Positions 1 through 13,073 of a DNA stretch of 64,000 bases are shown one piece after another. Under the pieces are notes generated by a model. The model worked only from the letters and a program-made list of their open reading frames with translations, ran no database searches and was not told the origin of the DNA. The translations under genes and the position numbers were made by a program. The stretch spans positions 526,422,958 to 526,486,957 of the forward strand of contig NC_133617.1 in the NCBI RefSeq assembly GCF_048593235.1. Direction: 5' to 3'. Origin of the DNA: Sminthopsis crassicaudata (lineage: Eukaryota). The first letter of the stretch is position 1, and the number at the start of each line of letters is the position of its first letter.

Positions 1-104
1 TCTTGATAGTATTACTTGGCATATTGTATTCATTGTATTTATTAATTCATTAATTTCCCTCCCCATTTAGTAAAGGCTAAGTCCTTGTAGTATAAAGATT
101 TTTG

Positions 105-345
105 GTGGATAGTGTATTGGCTTAAAAACTGAGCCATCAAGTCAGACCTGAATTCTAGTGCATCCTTAGACACTTATTATGTGATGTAGGACACTTAAAC
201 TCTGTTTGCCTCAGTTTCCTCATGTATAAAATGGGCATAATAACAATAATAATACTAGCACCTATCTTCCAAGGTCATTGTAAGGATCAAATGAGATAAT
301 ATTTGTAAAACTCTTAATAGTGATAGGTTCTATATAAATGTTAAT
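105..345 (+). mobile_element. MIR SINE
   Basis: Core GCCTCAGTTTCCTCATGTATAAAATGGG and 3' part GGATCAAATGAGATAATATTTGTAAA. Confidence 0.85.
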
Positions 346-1194
346 TGTTATTGTTGTTATTTCTGTTAATGTTTATATAAATTACTAGTTTGATTTTTAT
401 TTTAAAGTCTAAAGGTAAGTTTATTCTGTACCTGTTCATGTGTATTTTAAATTGTCCTCATATTTCTTTTTTCTTTCTTTTTATTGATCATACATAAGTG
501 GTGACAGCAGTGAAGGAATCTTTACGTTGAAGGGAGTAACTGAACTAAAATAACTGATTCTAAGGATGACTAGAGTACAGTGCACTTAATAGCTATGAGA
601 AATGGATTTTTATAAACTTTTATCCAAAGTAACTAGATTCACATATTCAGTGTAAAGGATATTATGAAAATATAAGATTAATATGCTGTATATTTTTATC
701 CTCTTGAATATAATTTAGAGATTATATACTATAATAGGATTTATGACATTATACTGTTTAATCTTGAGAGCGTTACAAATACATCAAGTACAGTTGGCAG
801 TAACTGATTTACAATCTTTATTTTAAGACTGTGTTAGTATTACTAAGTTTAAGTGCATTCTTCTGCTTAAAATATATATTTTATTCTTGTATTTACAAAT
901 TAAAATATTTCTTGGAAAACTAGAGGAAAAAATTAACTAAAATCATAAGATGGTTGAAAGACCAAGTTTTTGAAATATGTTGAACAAAGCTTAAAAGTTT
1001 AATATAAGGCCTAGCATTTCTTAGAGGTTTTAATTTCTAAAATTGAATTTTCATATCTTCTCAGTGCATTTAAATAGTATTTATAAAATAGATAACAGTT
1101 TGCTTTGTCTAAGGCTATCATCCCAAATAGACAAATTACTGTCTATTCAATAATCAGTTTCAGAATTTTTCTAGGATTGGCATCATTTTAACTT

Positions 1195-1432
1195 TTCTTA
1201 AGTCATATCTGACTCTTCAAGACTCCATTTGGAGTTTTTCTTGGCAGAGATACTAGAGTGGTTTGCCATTTCCTTCTGTAGCTAGTTTTACAGATGAGGA
1301 AACTGAGGCAAATAGATTTGAGTGACTTGTGCAGGATCGTGCATCTTAGTGTCTTAAGACCAGATTTGAATTCAGTAAGATGAGTTTTTCTGACTCCATA
1401 CCCAGCATACTGTCCTCACCAACTAGCTGTCC
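1195..1432 (-). mobile_element. MAR1-type marsupial CORE-SINE
   Basis: TTTTCTTGGCAGAGATACTAGAGTGGTTTGCCATTTCCTTCT plus core TTTACAGATGAGGAAACTGAGGC. Confidence 0.85.
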
Positions 1433-1749
1433 TTTTAATTATCTGTCTTTTTGCCTTTTTGGAAACTTGGAAAGTTTTCTAGCCTCTTTGTATTCCTGTT
1501 CTGTCTTCCACATTGTCTCAGAGATTCCAGATAGTTCATTTGCAATCATAGGATTGTACCTGTGATTTAAGTAGTATAGGGAACACTCTGAGTACCAGTC
1601 TATTAGCACTTTTGTGACTTCTGGTCTCTGTGCCATCTGGAGCACTGTAAGGTTGTGATCTGCCTTCAGGTCACAAGAGTCAGTCCTTATAGAAAGCTGG
1701 ACTTAAACTTGAGTTTTCCTAGCTTCAAAAGTATGGCATATTTATACTT

Positions 1750-1895
1750 CTCAGAGAGATCAGAACCAGATTAAAATTTAATTGGGAAATAAACAAAATA
1801 TATAAAAATTCATTTAAACACAATGTTAAATTATGGTTTTCTAAATTACATATAGCACCAAAATCTTTATGCATGGTTTAGGAGTCCCTGCTTTT
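1750..1895. mobile_element. Non-autonomous hAT-type MITE fragment, same family as 51470-52165 in opposite orientation
   Basis: ACCAGATTAAAATTTAATTGGGAAAT...GGTTTTCTAA is the reverse complement of motifs at 51530-51610 and 52140-52160. Confidence 0.6.
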
Positions 1896-2489
1896 GTTGG
1901 AGTTTGATATCCCTGCTTTAAGCCAAACTGCCTCTCTCACTCTCTTAAGATTCTTTTTCTTTTATAAGCTGTCAATCAATGACTGCTGGGATCCTTTCTA
2001 AGTCTGAAAAACTGTGATTCTGAAGTTAACTATTAACTAACTTTTAACTGTAACTTAATTACATGTTTTATCCTCTTGTGCCTAGTGGATAGATTCTGGC
2101 TTTAGATTCAAGATTTGGATTCAAGTTCTACTTCAGACACACCTTACCCCACTTTGTTCCCTAAGAGGGACTCTCTTAAGCTCTAAATAGGTCAGAGAAT
2201 GTATTGACCTACTTTGGTAAATGATCAAAACTGATTTTCCTTAGCATAGAGCTCCAATACAAACTCTTTGAGAGAAAAAGCAGGATTTTTAGAGTGAGAT
2301 AAATGGATTTCTGGTGTCACATCATAATGCAAGACTACTCCTAGATCCCTTTCTTTTCATGGATCTCTTGGTTTCCTAAAGATAAAAACGTTTTTATTTC
2401 CCCTAGCAACTGACATGGTGCCTTGCTTACTGAAGATAGATAGATATTTTCTGACTCTTGAATTAAGTATATCTTTCCATTGCTAGGTA

Positions 2490-3655
2490 CTAGTCATAAG
2501 TCAGTCATTAGTTTTTAAGCACATATGAAGTACCAGGCCTTATGCTGTATAAAAACAAAATGAACAGAATCTACACTCAGGGAATTTATATTCTCTTTTC
2601 ATAATTGTAAAACAATGTATTACGCATTACATATAAAGTATGTGCATTCACACACATCTTCACATGTATTACTTTTGGGGGGAGAAAATGCCCAATAATT
2701 GGAGGGAACAGGAAGTGCTTGAGAGAGAAAGTGGCATTTGACCTGAATTTCTTAAGGACACTACTAATGAGTCTAAGGGAGAAATGAGGGAATGTATTTC
2801 TTGGAGACAGTCCATACAAAGGCATGTGCTTCTGTCAAGTATTTGGAACAAAAAGTCATTTTGACCATGTAAAGGAAAAATGTGTATAAATCTAGAGAGA
2901 TGAGCTAGAGCCTGATTATGAAGCACTTTAAGTGCAATTTGTATTTTATTTAGAGACAGTAGGGAATTGCTCAAACTCTTTGAGTAGTCAGATCTCTTGA
3001 TTTAGTAATATCTCTGATAGTTTTTTAAAAAATTTAATTTGGAGAAGGGGAGAAAATGTTCTAGGGAGACCAGGTTACTCAGGGTTGGTAGTCATGTGAG
3101 GATGTAGAAGAGGAAGAATGTGAAAATTGTTTTGGCAGAGAAATCTGTGAAACTTGGCAAGTGATTGTGAAGGATGACTCAAAATTCACAGATTTGAATG
3201 ACTAGAAGGCTGGTCGATGTTTTGAAAGAAAAAGAAATTTGGAAAAATTATGTATATGGTACAGTGGCAGAGATAGTAAGTTCTATTTTGGATGTATTAA
3301 GTTTGAGATACCACAGAATATCCAATTGTAAATGTCCAAAAGGCAGTCGATGTTATGTGATTTTCAAAGATCAGGAGAGAAAACAAAAACAAAAGCATAG
3401 ATTTGATAGTCATCTACATAGAGATCATGAATATATAGGCATTGAAGAGATCACTGAAGGAGTACAGATAGTGAATCAGACCTGAGATATAACTTTTGGA
3501 TATACCCTCTAACTTTGGGTTAGATATGAGGTGATATGAAATAGATATGAGAACCAATAGAGAAGTGCTATGAAATCCTAGGGAAGGACTATGGAAAAGA
3601 AAGAGGGAGGGGACCACAGATTCTGCTATTGTTAATTCCAAAGAGAATATTTTCA
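2490..3655 (-). mobile_element. L2 LINE 3' portion
   Basis: Reverse L2 3' end (TAAGCACATATGAAGTACCAGGC...) followed by purine-rich decayed L2 ORF2 sequence (TTTTGGATGTATTAAGTTTGAGATACC). Confidence 0.75.
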
Positions 3656-3939
3656 TTCTTATTTTAACATTTTAAGTTTACTATTTTTAGTATATCATGT
3701 ACTAATAAATAAATAAATTTTTGATTTTTCTGATCAATAAGCTTGTGATTTTCTCCTGACTCTCCTCTACAAGTCAAGTGTAATTTTTCCGAGACTTTGC
3801 TTTAGTTCCTCCTTCCCAATCTACACATATATGCCATTCTATCCAGCATCACCATCAGTGTTTTATCCTCTACTGCCTTCTTTTCTCTCCTCCTATTCTC
3901 CATGGTATGTCATAGTACATTTAGACATTTCTTATCATT

Positions 3940-4318
3940 CAGTTGTTCATTTGTGTCCGACTCTTCATGACCTGTGAATCATATTGTCTATGGAGTTTTC
4001 TTGGCAGAGAGACTGGGTTGCATTTTCTTCTCCTGTGGCAGATTAAGTGACTAGTCTAAGGTCATACAACTAGTAAATGTCTGAGGCTCTATCTAAAGCT
4101 TCTTAAATGGTGATTTGCGACCCCATATGGGGCTGGGTAACTGAATCTGGGGATTGTGAAATTGTGATTTATTATCAGTAAATGTTTGATTTGTATACCT
4201 ATTTCATATATCTATGTACCCCAAAATAAATTTAAAAAATTTGTGAGAAAAAAGATCACAAATAGAAAAAGTTTAAGAAGTCCTACTCTATATCCACTGA
4301 GCCACCCAGCTTACCCTC
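3940..4318 (-). mobile_element. MAR1-type SINE interrupted by a ~190 bp hAT-like MITE (~4090-4280)
   Basis: SINE motifs (GTTTTCTTGGCAGAG, GTCATACAACTAGTAAATGTCTGAGG, TCCACTGAGCCACCCAGC) flank an insert with inverted ends AGCTTCTTAAA...TTTAAGAAGT; CTCTA occurs on both sides. Confidence 0.7.
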
Positions 4319-5569
4319 AGATATTTCTGATTGATACATAATGAAGTTTTTGAGACATTGCTGTAGTAGTTAGTGTTTGTTTTGAAGCTTAGATTTTAAA
4401 AATAAGAAAAAGGACAATTAGTGCTTTCTAAGTTGAAACCACTGTCATAGTTCTCCCCCTCCCCCCCAATAAATAGCTTGTTTTTCAGTAGTCAGCTCTT
4501 TTCACCATTGACTGTCAGCTATGGAATCAACTGGATTCAGGGCTTAGAGTTGAAGTCAGAAAAATAAGTATGAGAAAAAGACATCTTACAAGCATGTGAA
4601 GCAGTATTGTTCCAACAAAGATATCCATTAGATGTCATCCCATACACCTGTCTAAGAGGTCGCATTTCTTTCTTGATCACTGCTTATGGATTTTTTCCTT
4701 TTAAAAAAAAAAAACTACACAAAATGTAAACTTTCTACATTGGGATTATTCTTTGGTTTGAATCTTTTCTTTGTACAAAATAAGCTTTGGATGCTTATTT
4801 AGATGTTCAATAGAACAGTGCAGAGAACAGAATTGTGTTTGGGCTAAAGAATTAATCCATTTAGTCATGGGAAGCACGACTTAGCTAGCTTTTGCTGAGT
4901 TGATGAATTGTAGTAGAACTTAGTGACTATTTTAGAGTGTCAGATTTAATTAAACCTTTAGAAATAAAAGTTTAATGGTATTAATAAACATGTGCTTTTG
5001 AATTATGGGTAATCTATGAATTTTTTAATGAGGGTAGATTTGAAAAATTTCTACCTTTAAGATTTTAACTTTATATTTAATACAGAAATCAAAAGTTTTG
5101 TAATGATATTGATAAAAGTTTACTCTCAGGCAACATTCTGATGAAAAACGAGATTTAATAATTATGACAATGGAAGTGTCAGTGAGCTGTAGTTTTTGAA
5201 TTTTTTAGAAAATGTTATTCACAATGAATTGTAAGTTAATGCTGAACTTATTTGCATTGGACAAACCAGAAATTTTAATAGTAAAATATATCCTGTAATT
5301 ACTGTTTTGTTTGAAAGAAGAAAGTTGTTGTAAATACCCATGTAAAAGAGAAAATTTTTACTTGAAAAGACTTTTATTTCTTTTCACTTATTTTATACCA
5401 TGCATACTTAGAAATTTTTCATTCATGCACAAGGTATGAATTTTTAAAAAACTGATATAAGTTGTATTCATATGCAGCTTTATATTTTCCTAGGAAAATG
5501 AGGGGGAAAATTAACTTCATAGGGTATTCTTATGACATTATGTTAAACTTTGTTAAAAGCAAGAATTCT

Positions 5570-5740
5570 TAACTTTAATTTAACTTTGCTGTGGCCCTCT
5601 TTGGTTATCTGATGAAGCCTGTGGATCCCTTTTCAGAATAATGTTTTTAAATACATAAAATACATAGGATTACTAAGGAAACTAATTTAAAATATTATTT
5701 AGAAATAAGTACACAGATCCCAGGTTAAGAGCTTTTCTTA
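5570..5740. mobile_element. hAT-Charlie-type MITE fragment
   Basis: GATGAAGCCTGTGGATCCCTTTTCAGAATAATGTTTTTAAATACATAAAATACATAGGATTAC resembles ancient therian MER-type hAT elements; the end is CCAGGTTAAGAGC. Confidence 0.55.
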
Positions 5741-6049
5741 TAAAGTAATTTCTTAAGTTTTCTTCAAAGGAACTAGACTGTATATACTCAACATATCAGC
5801 TAAGATAATTTGTGGGGAGTTGAGGGAAAGAATGGAGTCACATATCATGATAGTACCTTTTATCAGCCTTGTGATTTCAAACTGCTCTGTAGCTCTGGCT
5901 AACTTTTACTTCATGGAAACTCTAGTCTTGAGTCAGTAAGGAGAGTATTAATTATTTTTATTTATATAGTGGAATAATTACATGATTTTTGTTGAATAAA
6001 TAATAAAATTTGTTATTACATTTGCATTAATAGGTATTCCTCAGCATAT

Positions 6050-8290
6050 GTTTTTCAATAATAGCTTTTTATTTTCAAAATGCTGAAAACTATTTTACCT
6101 GGAATTGGCCTGAAATATCTCATATCAACTCTATCAGAGTTGATCATCACATAATTTTGTTGCTGTGTAGAATGTTCTCTTGGTTCTGCTCACTTGTCTT
6201 AGCATCAATTCATATAAGTCTCTCTAGACCTTTCTGAAATCATCCTGCTGATCATTTCTTTCAGCACAATAATATTCCATAACATTCATATACCATAGCT
6301 TATTCAGCTATTTTCCAATTGATGGGAATCCACTCAATTTTCAGTTTCTAGCCACTACACAAAGGGCTGCCACAAACATTTTTGCACATGTAGGTCTCTT
6401 TCCCACCTTTAAGATCTCTTTGGGATACAAGCCCAGTAGAAACACTGCTGGATCAAAGAATATGCACATTTTGATAGTTCATTTGGGCATAGTTCCAGAA
6501 TGGTTGGATCAGTTCACAACTCCACCAATAATGCATTAGTGTTCCAATTTTTCCCACATCCTCTCCAACATTTATCATTTTTCCTTTTTGTCATATTAGC
6601 CAATCTAATAGGTATATGGTAGTACCTCAGAGATGTTTTAATTTATATTTCTTCAGTCAATAGTGATTTAGAGCATTTTTATATGACTGTAGACAGCTTT
6701 AATTTCATCTAAAATTTTCCTATTCATATCCTTTGATCATTTATTAATGGGAGAATGATTTATGCTCTTATAAATTCGACTCAGTTCTCTACATATTTTA
6801 GAAATGAGGTTTTTATCAGAAACATTGACTAAAAATTGTTTCCCAACTTTCTCTTTTCCTTCTAATCTTGGTTATATTAACTTTGTTTGTGCAGAACTTT
6901 TTTAATGTAATGTAATCAAAATTATCCATTTTGTATTTTATAATGTTCTCTATCTCCTGTTTGATCATAAATTCTTCCTTTCTCCATAGATCTGCCAGAT
7001 AAATGATTCCTTGCTCTCCTACTTTGCTTGTGGTATCACCTTTTATGTGTAAATTGTGTATCCATTTTGATCTTATCTTGGTATACAGTGTGAAATATTA
7101 GTCAGTGCCTCATTTTTGCCATGCTCTTTTCTAGTTTTCCCAACAATTTTTGTCAAATAGTGAGTTCTTATCCCAGAAGCGGAGGTCTTTGGGATTATCA
7201 AACATTAGATTAGTATAGCCTTTAACTATTATATCTTGTATATCTATCCTATTTCACTGATCCACTACTCTCTTGACTAGTACCAACTATATTTGATGAC
7301 TGCTATTTTATAACATGGTTTTAGATCTGCTAGGTATCTAATAGGTATATTTTGTATTTTTTTTATAATTTCCCTTGACATTCTTGATATTTTGTTTTTC
7401 CAGATGAATTTTGTTACTTTTTTTTTCTAACTATAAAATAATTTTTTGGTACTTTGGTTGTATTACTTACTGAATAAGTAAATTACTTTCAGTAAAATTG
7501 TAATTTTTATTATATTAACCTGGCCCACCTATGAGCAATTTTTCCACTTATTTAGATCTGACTTTATTTGTGAGAAAAGTATTTTGAAGTTTTGTTCATA
7601 TACTTCCTGGGTTTATCTTAAATATTTCATATTATCTATGGGTATTTTTAATGGAATTTCTCATCCTATTTCTTGCTGCCAGGTTTCTTAGTTATATATT
7701 GAAGTATCAATGATTTATGTGATTTGTTTTATATCCTGCAACTCTGCTAAAGTTGTTAATTATTTCAAGTAGTTTTTTAAGTTGATTCTCTAGAATTCTC
7801 TCAGTATATCATTATATCTGCAAAGAGTAATGGGTTTGTTTTCTCATTAGATATTCTAATTCCTTCATTTTTTTTTCTTCTCTTATTTCTAAAGCTAATA
7901 TTTCTAGTTCTATGTTGAATAATTGTGTGGATAATGGACATTGTTATTTCACCCCTAATCTTATTGGGAATACTTCTAGCTTATCCCTATTAGATTTAAT
8001 ACTTTCTGATAGTTTTAGATAAATACTGCTTATCATTTCAAGGAAAACTCCATTTTATTGCTCTGCTCTTTAGTGTTTTCAATAGGAATGGGTGCTGTAT
8101 TTTGTCAAAAGCTTTTTCTCCATCTATTGAAATAATCATGATTTCTATTGATTTTGTTATTGATAATAGTCAATTATGCTGATAGTTTTCCTAATATTGA
8201 ATCAGCTTTGCATTCCAGGTATAAAATCCCTGATCATAATGTATTATCACAATGATAAATTGCTACCATCTCTTTGCTCATATTTTATTT
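6050..8290 (-). mobile_element. Older marsupial L1, 3' UTR and ORF2 3' part, decayed
   Basis: Reverse-strand L1 hallmarks: GCTGCCACAAACATTTTTGCACATG, CACAACTCCACCAATAATGCATTAG, AATGGGTGCTGTATTTTGTCAAAAGC, GCATTCCAGGTATAAAATCCC. Confidence 0.9.
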
Positions 8291-9123
8291 TGAACCAATT
8301 AGTTTTTGATGCTACGAGAAATCAGATTCCTATATATTTTCCCCTTCTTTCAATACCAAAAAAATGAGAAACTTTACAAGTATAGGGCATGGGAAATTAG
8401 CCTTAAAAGTGTTGGTACTTTATCATGGATTTTGAACAATTTTGATAGGAAAGAAACTCATTTTTTTTCTTTACAGGAAAATTACACAAAACGCAGGTTC
8501 TTGTTAAAGTTAATACAGTTATTGAACAAACAAACGTTAAATTCCCTCAATAGGTTCATTTATTTTTAAGATAACCTATGTCAGAAGAGACCCTGTCTTT
8601 TGTTGTTGTAAGTAGTAAAATGTTGTAGGGATTTCATAAGTAACTGGCCACAAGAGAACTCTCATTGAGCACTCAGGTAGGAATAACACAAATTCATAAT
8701 ATCCAAGACAGAAGTGATAGTCTATTGCTTTTATGCCTATGTATTTTCTTAATTCCTTCCTCTTCCCCTGGAAGAATGCATTTTCTCTCCCTTCCCATCT
8801 CAAACTTTACTTTCTGAGTTAATTTTTAGTTAACCCTGAAGCAAATTTTCAAAACTTGTTTTATATTTCAGAGCTTAGACCTGGGAGATAGATGTGCATT
8901 TAGTTATATCTATATATCTATACATACATACATACGTGGGGAGAAAAAAGTCTCAATTTTAAAAAACATTTAACTTATACTTATTTATGATTGCCACCAA
9001 ATCTTCAGAAGCTTGTTTTAATCTTTGATCCATTGATTAGTATCTTGATCCCGAAAATTACCTCATCTCAAAACTTCTGGAACTCTAATGTAGGCAGTGA
9101 TGGACCTTCCCATTTTTACTTTA

Positions 9124-9350
9124 GGGGCAGCTAGGTGGCACAGTAGAGTCTCAGGCCTGGAAGACTTATTTTCATGAGTTCAAATCTAACTTCAGACACT
9201 ATCTATGTGACTCTGTGCAAGTCACTTAATCTGATTGCTTCAGTTTCCTCATCTGTTGATCTGGAGAAGGAAATGGCAAACCACTCCAATCTTTGCCAGG
9301 AAAACCTCAAATGAATTCACAAAGAGTTGGACATGTCTGAAAATGACTGA
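9124..9350 (+). mobile_element. MAR1-type SINE
   Basis: GGGGCAGCTAGGTGGCACAGT head, core CAGTTTCCTCATCTGT, tail GGAGAAGGAAATGGCAAACCACTCCA. Confidence 0.88.
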
Positions 9351-9559
9351 TCAGTTTTTGCTTTAGGAACAGGAAGAATTTGCAACTTCCAAATTACAAA
9401 ATTGAAAAAAAAATTTGGATAAAAGCAGTGTTGCAAGTAGTGGATAGGTTTTACTAAGTTTCATTGCTTGACCCCAAGGATCATCACTACCTGTCTTCTT
9501 ACCTTCCATATTTCTGAGAGAACCACCATTTTCTGGTTTCCATATTAGAACTCTAGTTG

Positions 9560-10330
9560 TCATATTCCCTTCTTCATTTTCACTTCCCCACTCCCAGCTC
9601 CTCTCTTTTCCACAGTCCCCAATCCATTGCCTAATACCATCAGTTTCATCTGTTCAGTGACCTAGGAATCTAATCCTTTCTTCACTACTCATTCCACTAC
9701 CACAACTAGGCTCCATGGTTTCCTGCCGGGATAATTGCAACAATCTGTTTTGTCTTTTTGAATCTACTCTCTTCCTTTTCTAATTTGTATTCTACACAGC
9801 TGGCAAATTAATATTTTTAAAGCATAGGTCTGATCATATCACTACTTTTTTGGCAAAAAAGTCAGTGGCTTTCTATTGCCTCTGGGTTAAAATATAAACT
9901 CTTCATTTGAATAGTTAATACTCAATTTGAGTCTGGCATATTTATGCAGGGTGATTTAGTATTATCTTCCCCTTTGAATCAGCTAACCTAGTTTACTTTT
10001 TCCCACAAATACTATTCTGTCTTCTAATTGTGCTTTTGTACACAGTCTCTCCCCCATTTTTGGAAGCTTCTTGCAGTCACCACAGCTCATTTAAGGCTCA
10101 TCTCAAAAGCCTTCTTTTTAAAGAGGCCTTTCTTGATTCTAGCAAGTTTTAACATCACCTATTAATGTGTATTTAAAAACAGATACATCTACATTTATTT
10201 TTGAGCATTTTTTATTCCCCTTAATAGAAATAAGTTCCTTGAAAGGAGTGACTATCTCATTTTTGCTTTTGTATCCTGAAATACAAATACAAAAACACAG
10301 TGCCTGAATACTAATTAATGTTTGATTTAT
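9560..10330 (+). mobile_element. L2 LINE 3' portion
   Basis: Pyrimidine-rich decayed ORF2 (GGATAATTGCAACAATC, GGTCTGATCATATCACT) ending ACAGTGCCTGAATAC...AATGTTTGATT. Confidence 0.75.
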
Positions 10331-12099
10331 TGTGTAAACTTTTCATCTTACTCAGGACCTGGGACAGTTCTATTCATATAATAATTGGTTGATGTTTATT
10401 GAATTGGATTGTACTATAGTTTAATATCTGAGTCTGTTTTGTTTACTTGTTTGTTTTTTTGAGTAAATAAGTTTTGTGTTCTAAACAATGAATCTTCAAG
10501 GGACTGACTAGTTTAAAACTTAGAGTTTTGTACTTTTTAATATGTTCTAATAAAATTATTCTCTATTTTTTCCATGTATTCATTATTTCTTACCTTCCTA
10601 ATCATATTCAGGATTGAAGACAAGTATATTGCCTTTTGTATTTTTTTTCATATACTAGTGATTCTCCTTTTCTGTTCTTACACATAAAAAATTTAATAAA
10701 GTCCCACATATTGTGTTCTTTACAGCATCAGTTGATACAATATACAAAAGGAAGATACCATGGATTCTCTTTTAAATTATTTTGCATTTAATTAATTCAC
10801 AGTATATCCATTTGAAAAACTCATATTTCCTGTTGCATATTTGCTATTGCTAAATAAAGATCAAAATGTTAGTGTTGGTTAGATTTTTGGATTTGCTGAC
10901 TCCTTTCAATAACTTGTAAGAACCATAAGTTGGGGCATTATATTTAGAATAATGAAATGTTAGTGCAGTGAGCACTTAGGTTGAATTATTGAATTATCGA
11001 TTGGCATTGACCAACCAATGGCATTTCTTTCCCCAAGTACCACCCTCCTATTGTATAGAATGAATTTTGCTTGCTAATTATTTGTGCTGTAAATCATATG
11101 TATTAAGCATGGGGAGACCCATACTATTGTCATAATAATTGTTTTGGGGTTAAATGTGCAGCATTTCCTAGATATATTAAATTATATTTCTTATTTTTAG
11201 TTTAATATACTAATTGCTGAAATGACATCCTCCACAGGAATAATATTGGCTACCACTGTCAAAACCACCAAATAAACCAGCTTATTAACTTTGGATTTTA
11301 GGAAGAATCACAGTCAGGAATCTTCTATAAGGAATGCATTGAGGGATAGCTTTATGTTCAGTTTTGAAAATGGCTTTTCCTTAATGAAATGATGGTGAAC
11401 AAAGGAGGTGTGAAAACCTGAAGTGTCTTCTTTAATGATCAGTAATTGACTTAAAAGGGCTACTGGCAATCCAGAGGTGATAATAACTTTTTGTAAAGAA
11501 CTACTGTTTGAGGGAAAAGAGGTTTGGAAATTGATATTTTTGGATAAAGCACAGAAAAAAATATATAGTTAATCTTGATAGCAGCTGCATCCACTAAGGA
11601 CTGTTTAATAAGCTTCAGTGAAACATATTTTAGTGGCTTTTTGGGTCAGAAATTATTAGTTGTGTACATTGTTGGATATTTCCATCAGCATGAGAGCAAT
11701 GTTTTGAATTTTTGCTGTTAGATTATTAAAACATTTGTTAAACTTAAGTTTTCAGTTCACTTTCTTTTTATTTTTCTATTTCTGGTAGGCTATTTTCTTT
11801 ATGTTCATACTTAATTCCTAGCTATTATCTTTGTCCCTACTGTTCACTTCTGCTCCCAATCTGTACATCTCCTATCCCATTGGCATTCCTCTTTTTTTTA
11901 ATCTCATAATAAAAGATTTTGTTTACCATGCAAGTCTCAGATACGTTCATGTCTTGTAGGAAACCTTCCTTTCTTCTCTGCTGTTCTTTAGCAAGTGACA
12001 AGGTCATTTAACCATCTTTGTCTTTTATTTCTAAAAGGGCACTTGGATTTAAATAATATATGCTTTCAGGAACTCTAGTTGTAAAATTTTATGATTTTT

Positions 12100-12420
12100 G
12101 TGATCATAGGTTTATAGTTTTAAAAGTTTAGAGTTCAGGCCCACAAAAATCATTTAGTCTGACCCTGTCAAGGCAATTGCAAGTGATAAGAATTTCCCAC
12201 TGCTTGAGTTCTAAAGGTTTATAATTTTGTATGTCCCATGGATGATATTAGAAATATCCATATGACCGTTGGTTCCTCACCTCTGTTCTAGTTGAATCAC
12301 TTCATTTTAAAACTTAAGAAACTGAGGAAAAAACAAAGTAAGTGACTTGTCCAGGGTCACACAGGTGTGAGTACCAAAGCTGAGGTTCAAACTTTCGTTC
12401 CCTAGATATGAAGCTATTTT
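12100..12420 (-). mobile_element. MIR/MIR3-type SINE fragments
   Basis: AAGAAACTGAGG...AAGTGACTTGTCCAGGGTCACACAG...AAGCTGAGGTTCAAAC. Confidence 0.65.
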
Positions 12421-12509
12421 TATTTCTATTGTGCCAAATATAATTCTGTTTTCTATCCTAGCCTATCTCTTCTCTAAATTGATTGGTCTTATTCCCTGTG
12501 CTATTCTTT

Positions 12510-13073
12510 TTGATGCGTATAATCAGCTATCAGGTATTTATTAAAAACTCAGTATGCCCTTGGCACTGTGTAGACAAATACTATGAAACAGTCACTAAGT
12601 GGAAGGATTTTACAATTTAACTGGAGAAACAAGTATACACATAAATATAGAAGATAGGGGGAATCTAATTTCTGCTAAAGTCCATTTGAATATTTCTAAC
12701 TTTGTAGGCCATACAAAATTATCCCCTTAAATAACTCCTCAAAGAGTGGGCAGTTGCGACTTTTGGTTGCCTTGGTAAGGCCAGACGAAATGATTTTGTG
12801 AGCCTAAAAGGCCTGTGGGCCAGATGTTTCCCATCCCTATTACTGAGAATAAATACAAGGAAGTTCACTATATGGTGTCCCAGAAATTTTAGTGCAGTTG
12901 GAAACTATTTGAGATTATGGTACACCTCATATAAGGGGGTGGAAGGCATAAGCAAATGAAGGAATCAGGAAATGCTTCATGATTTGGTGCTTGAGCTCAG
13001 TCTTGAAGGAACAGAGAAATTCCTTGAGTTGGAAGTGAGGAAGAAATGTATTCAGTGAATGGAGAGCTTAGAG
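12510..13073 (-). mobile_element. L2 3' fragment, host of the OC1 insertion; appears to resume at ~16740-17040
   Basis: CAGGTATTTATTAAAAACTCAGTATGCCCTTGGCACTGTG and GAGCTCAGTCTTGAAGGAACAGAGAAATTCC. Confidence 0.7.

Noticed and set aside
5484-5499. 16-bp palindrome ATTTTCCTAGGAAAAT (STAT/BCL6-like core)
   Set aside because: Isolated and AT-rich; about chance level for 64 kb.
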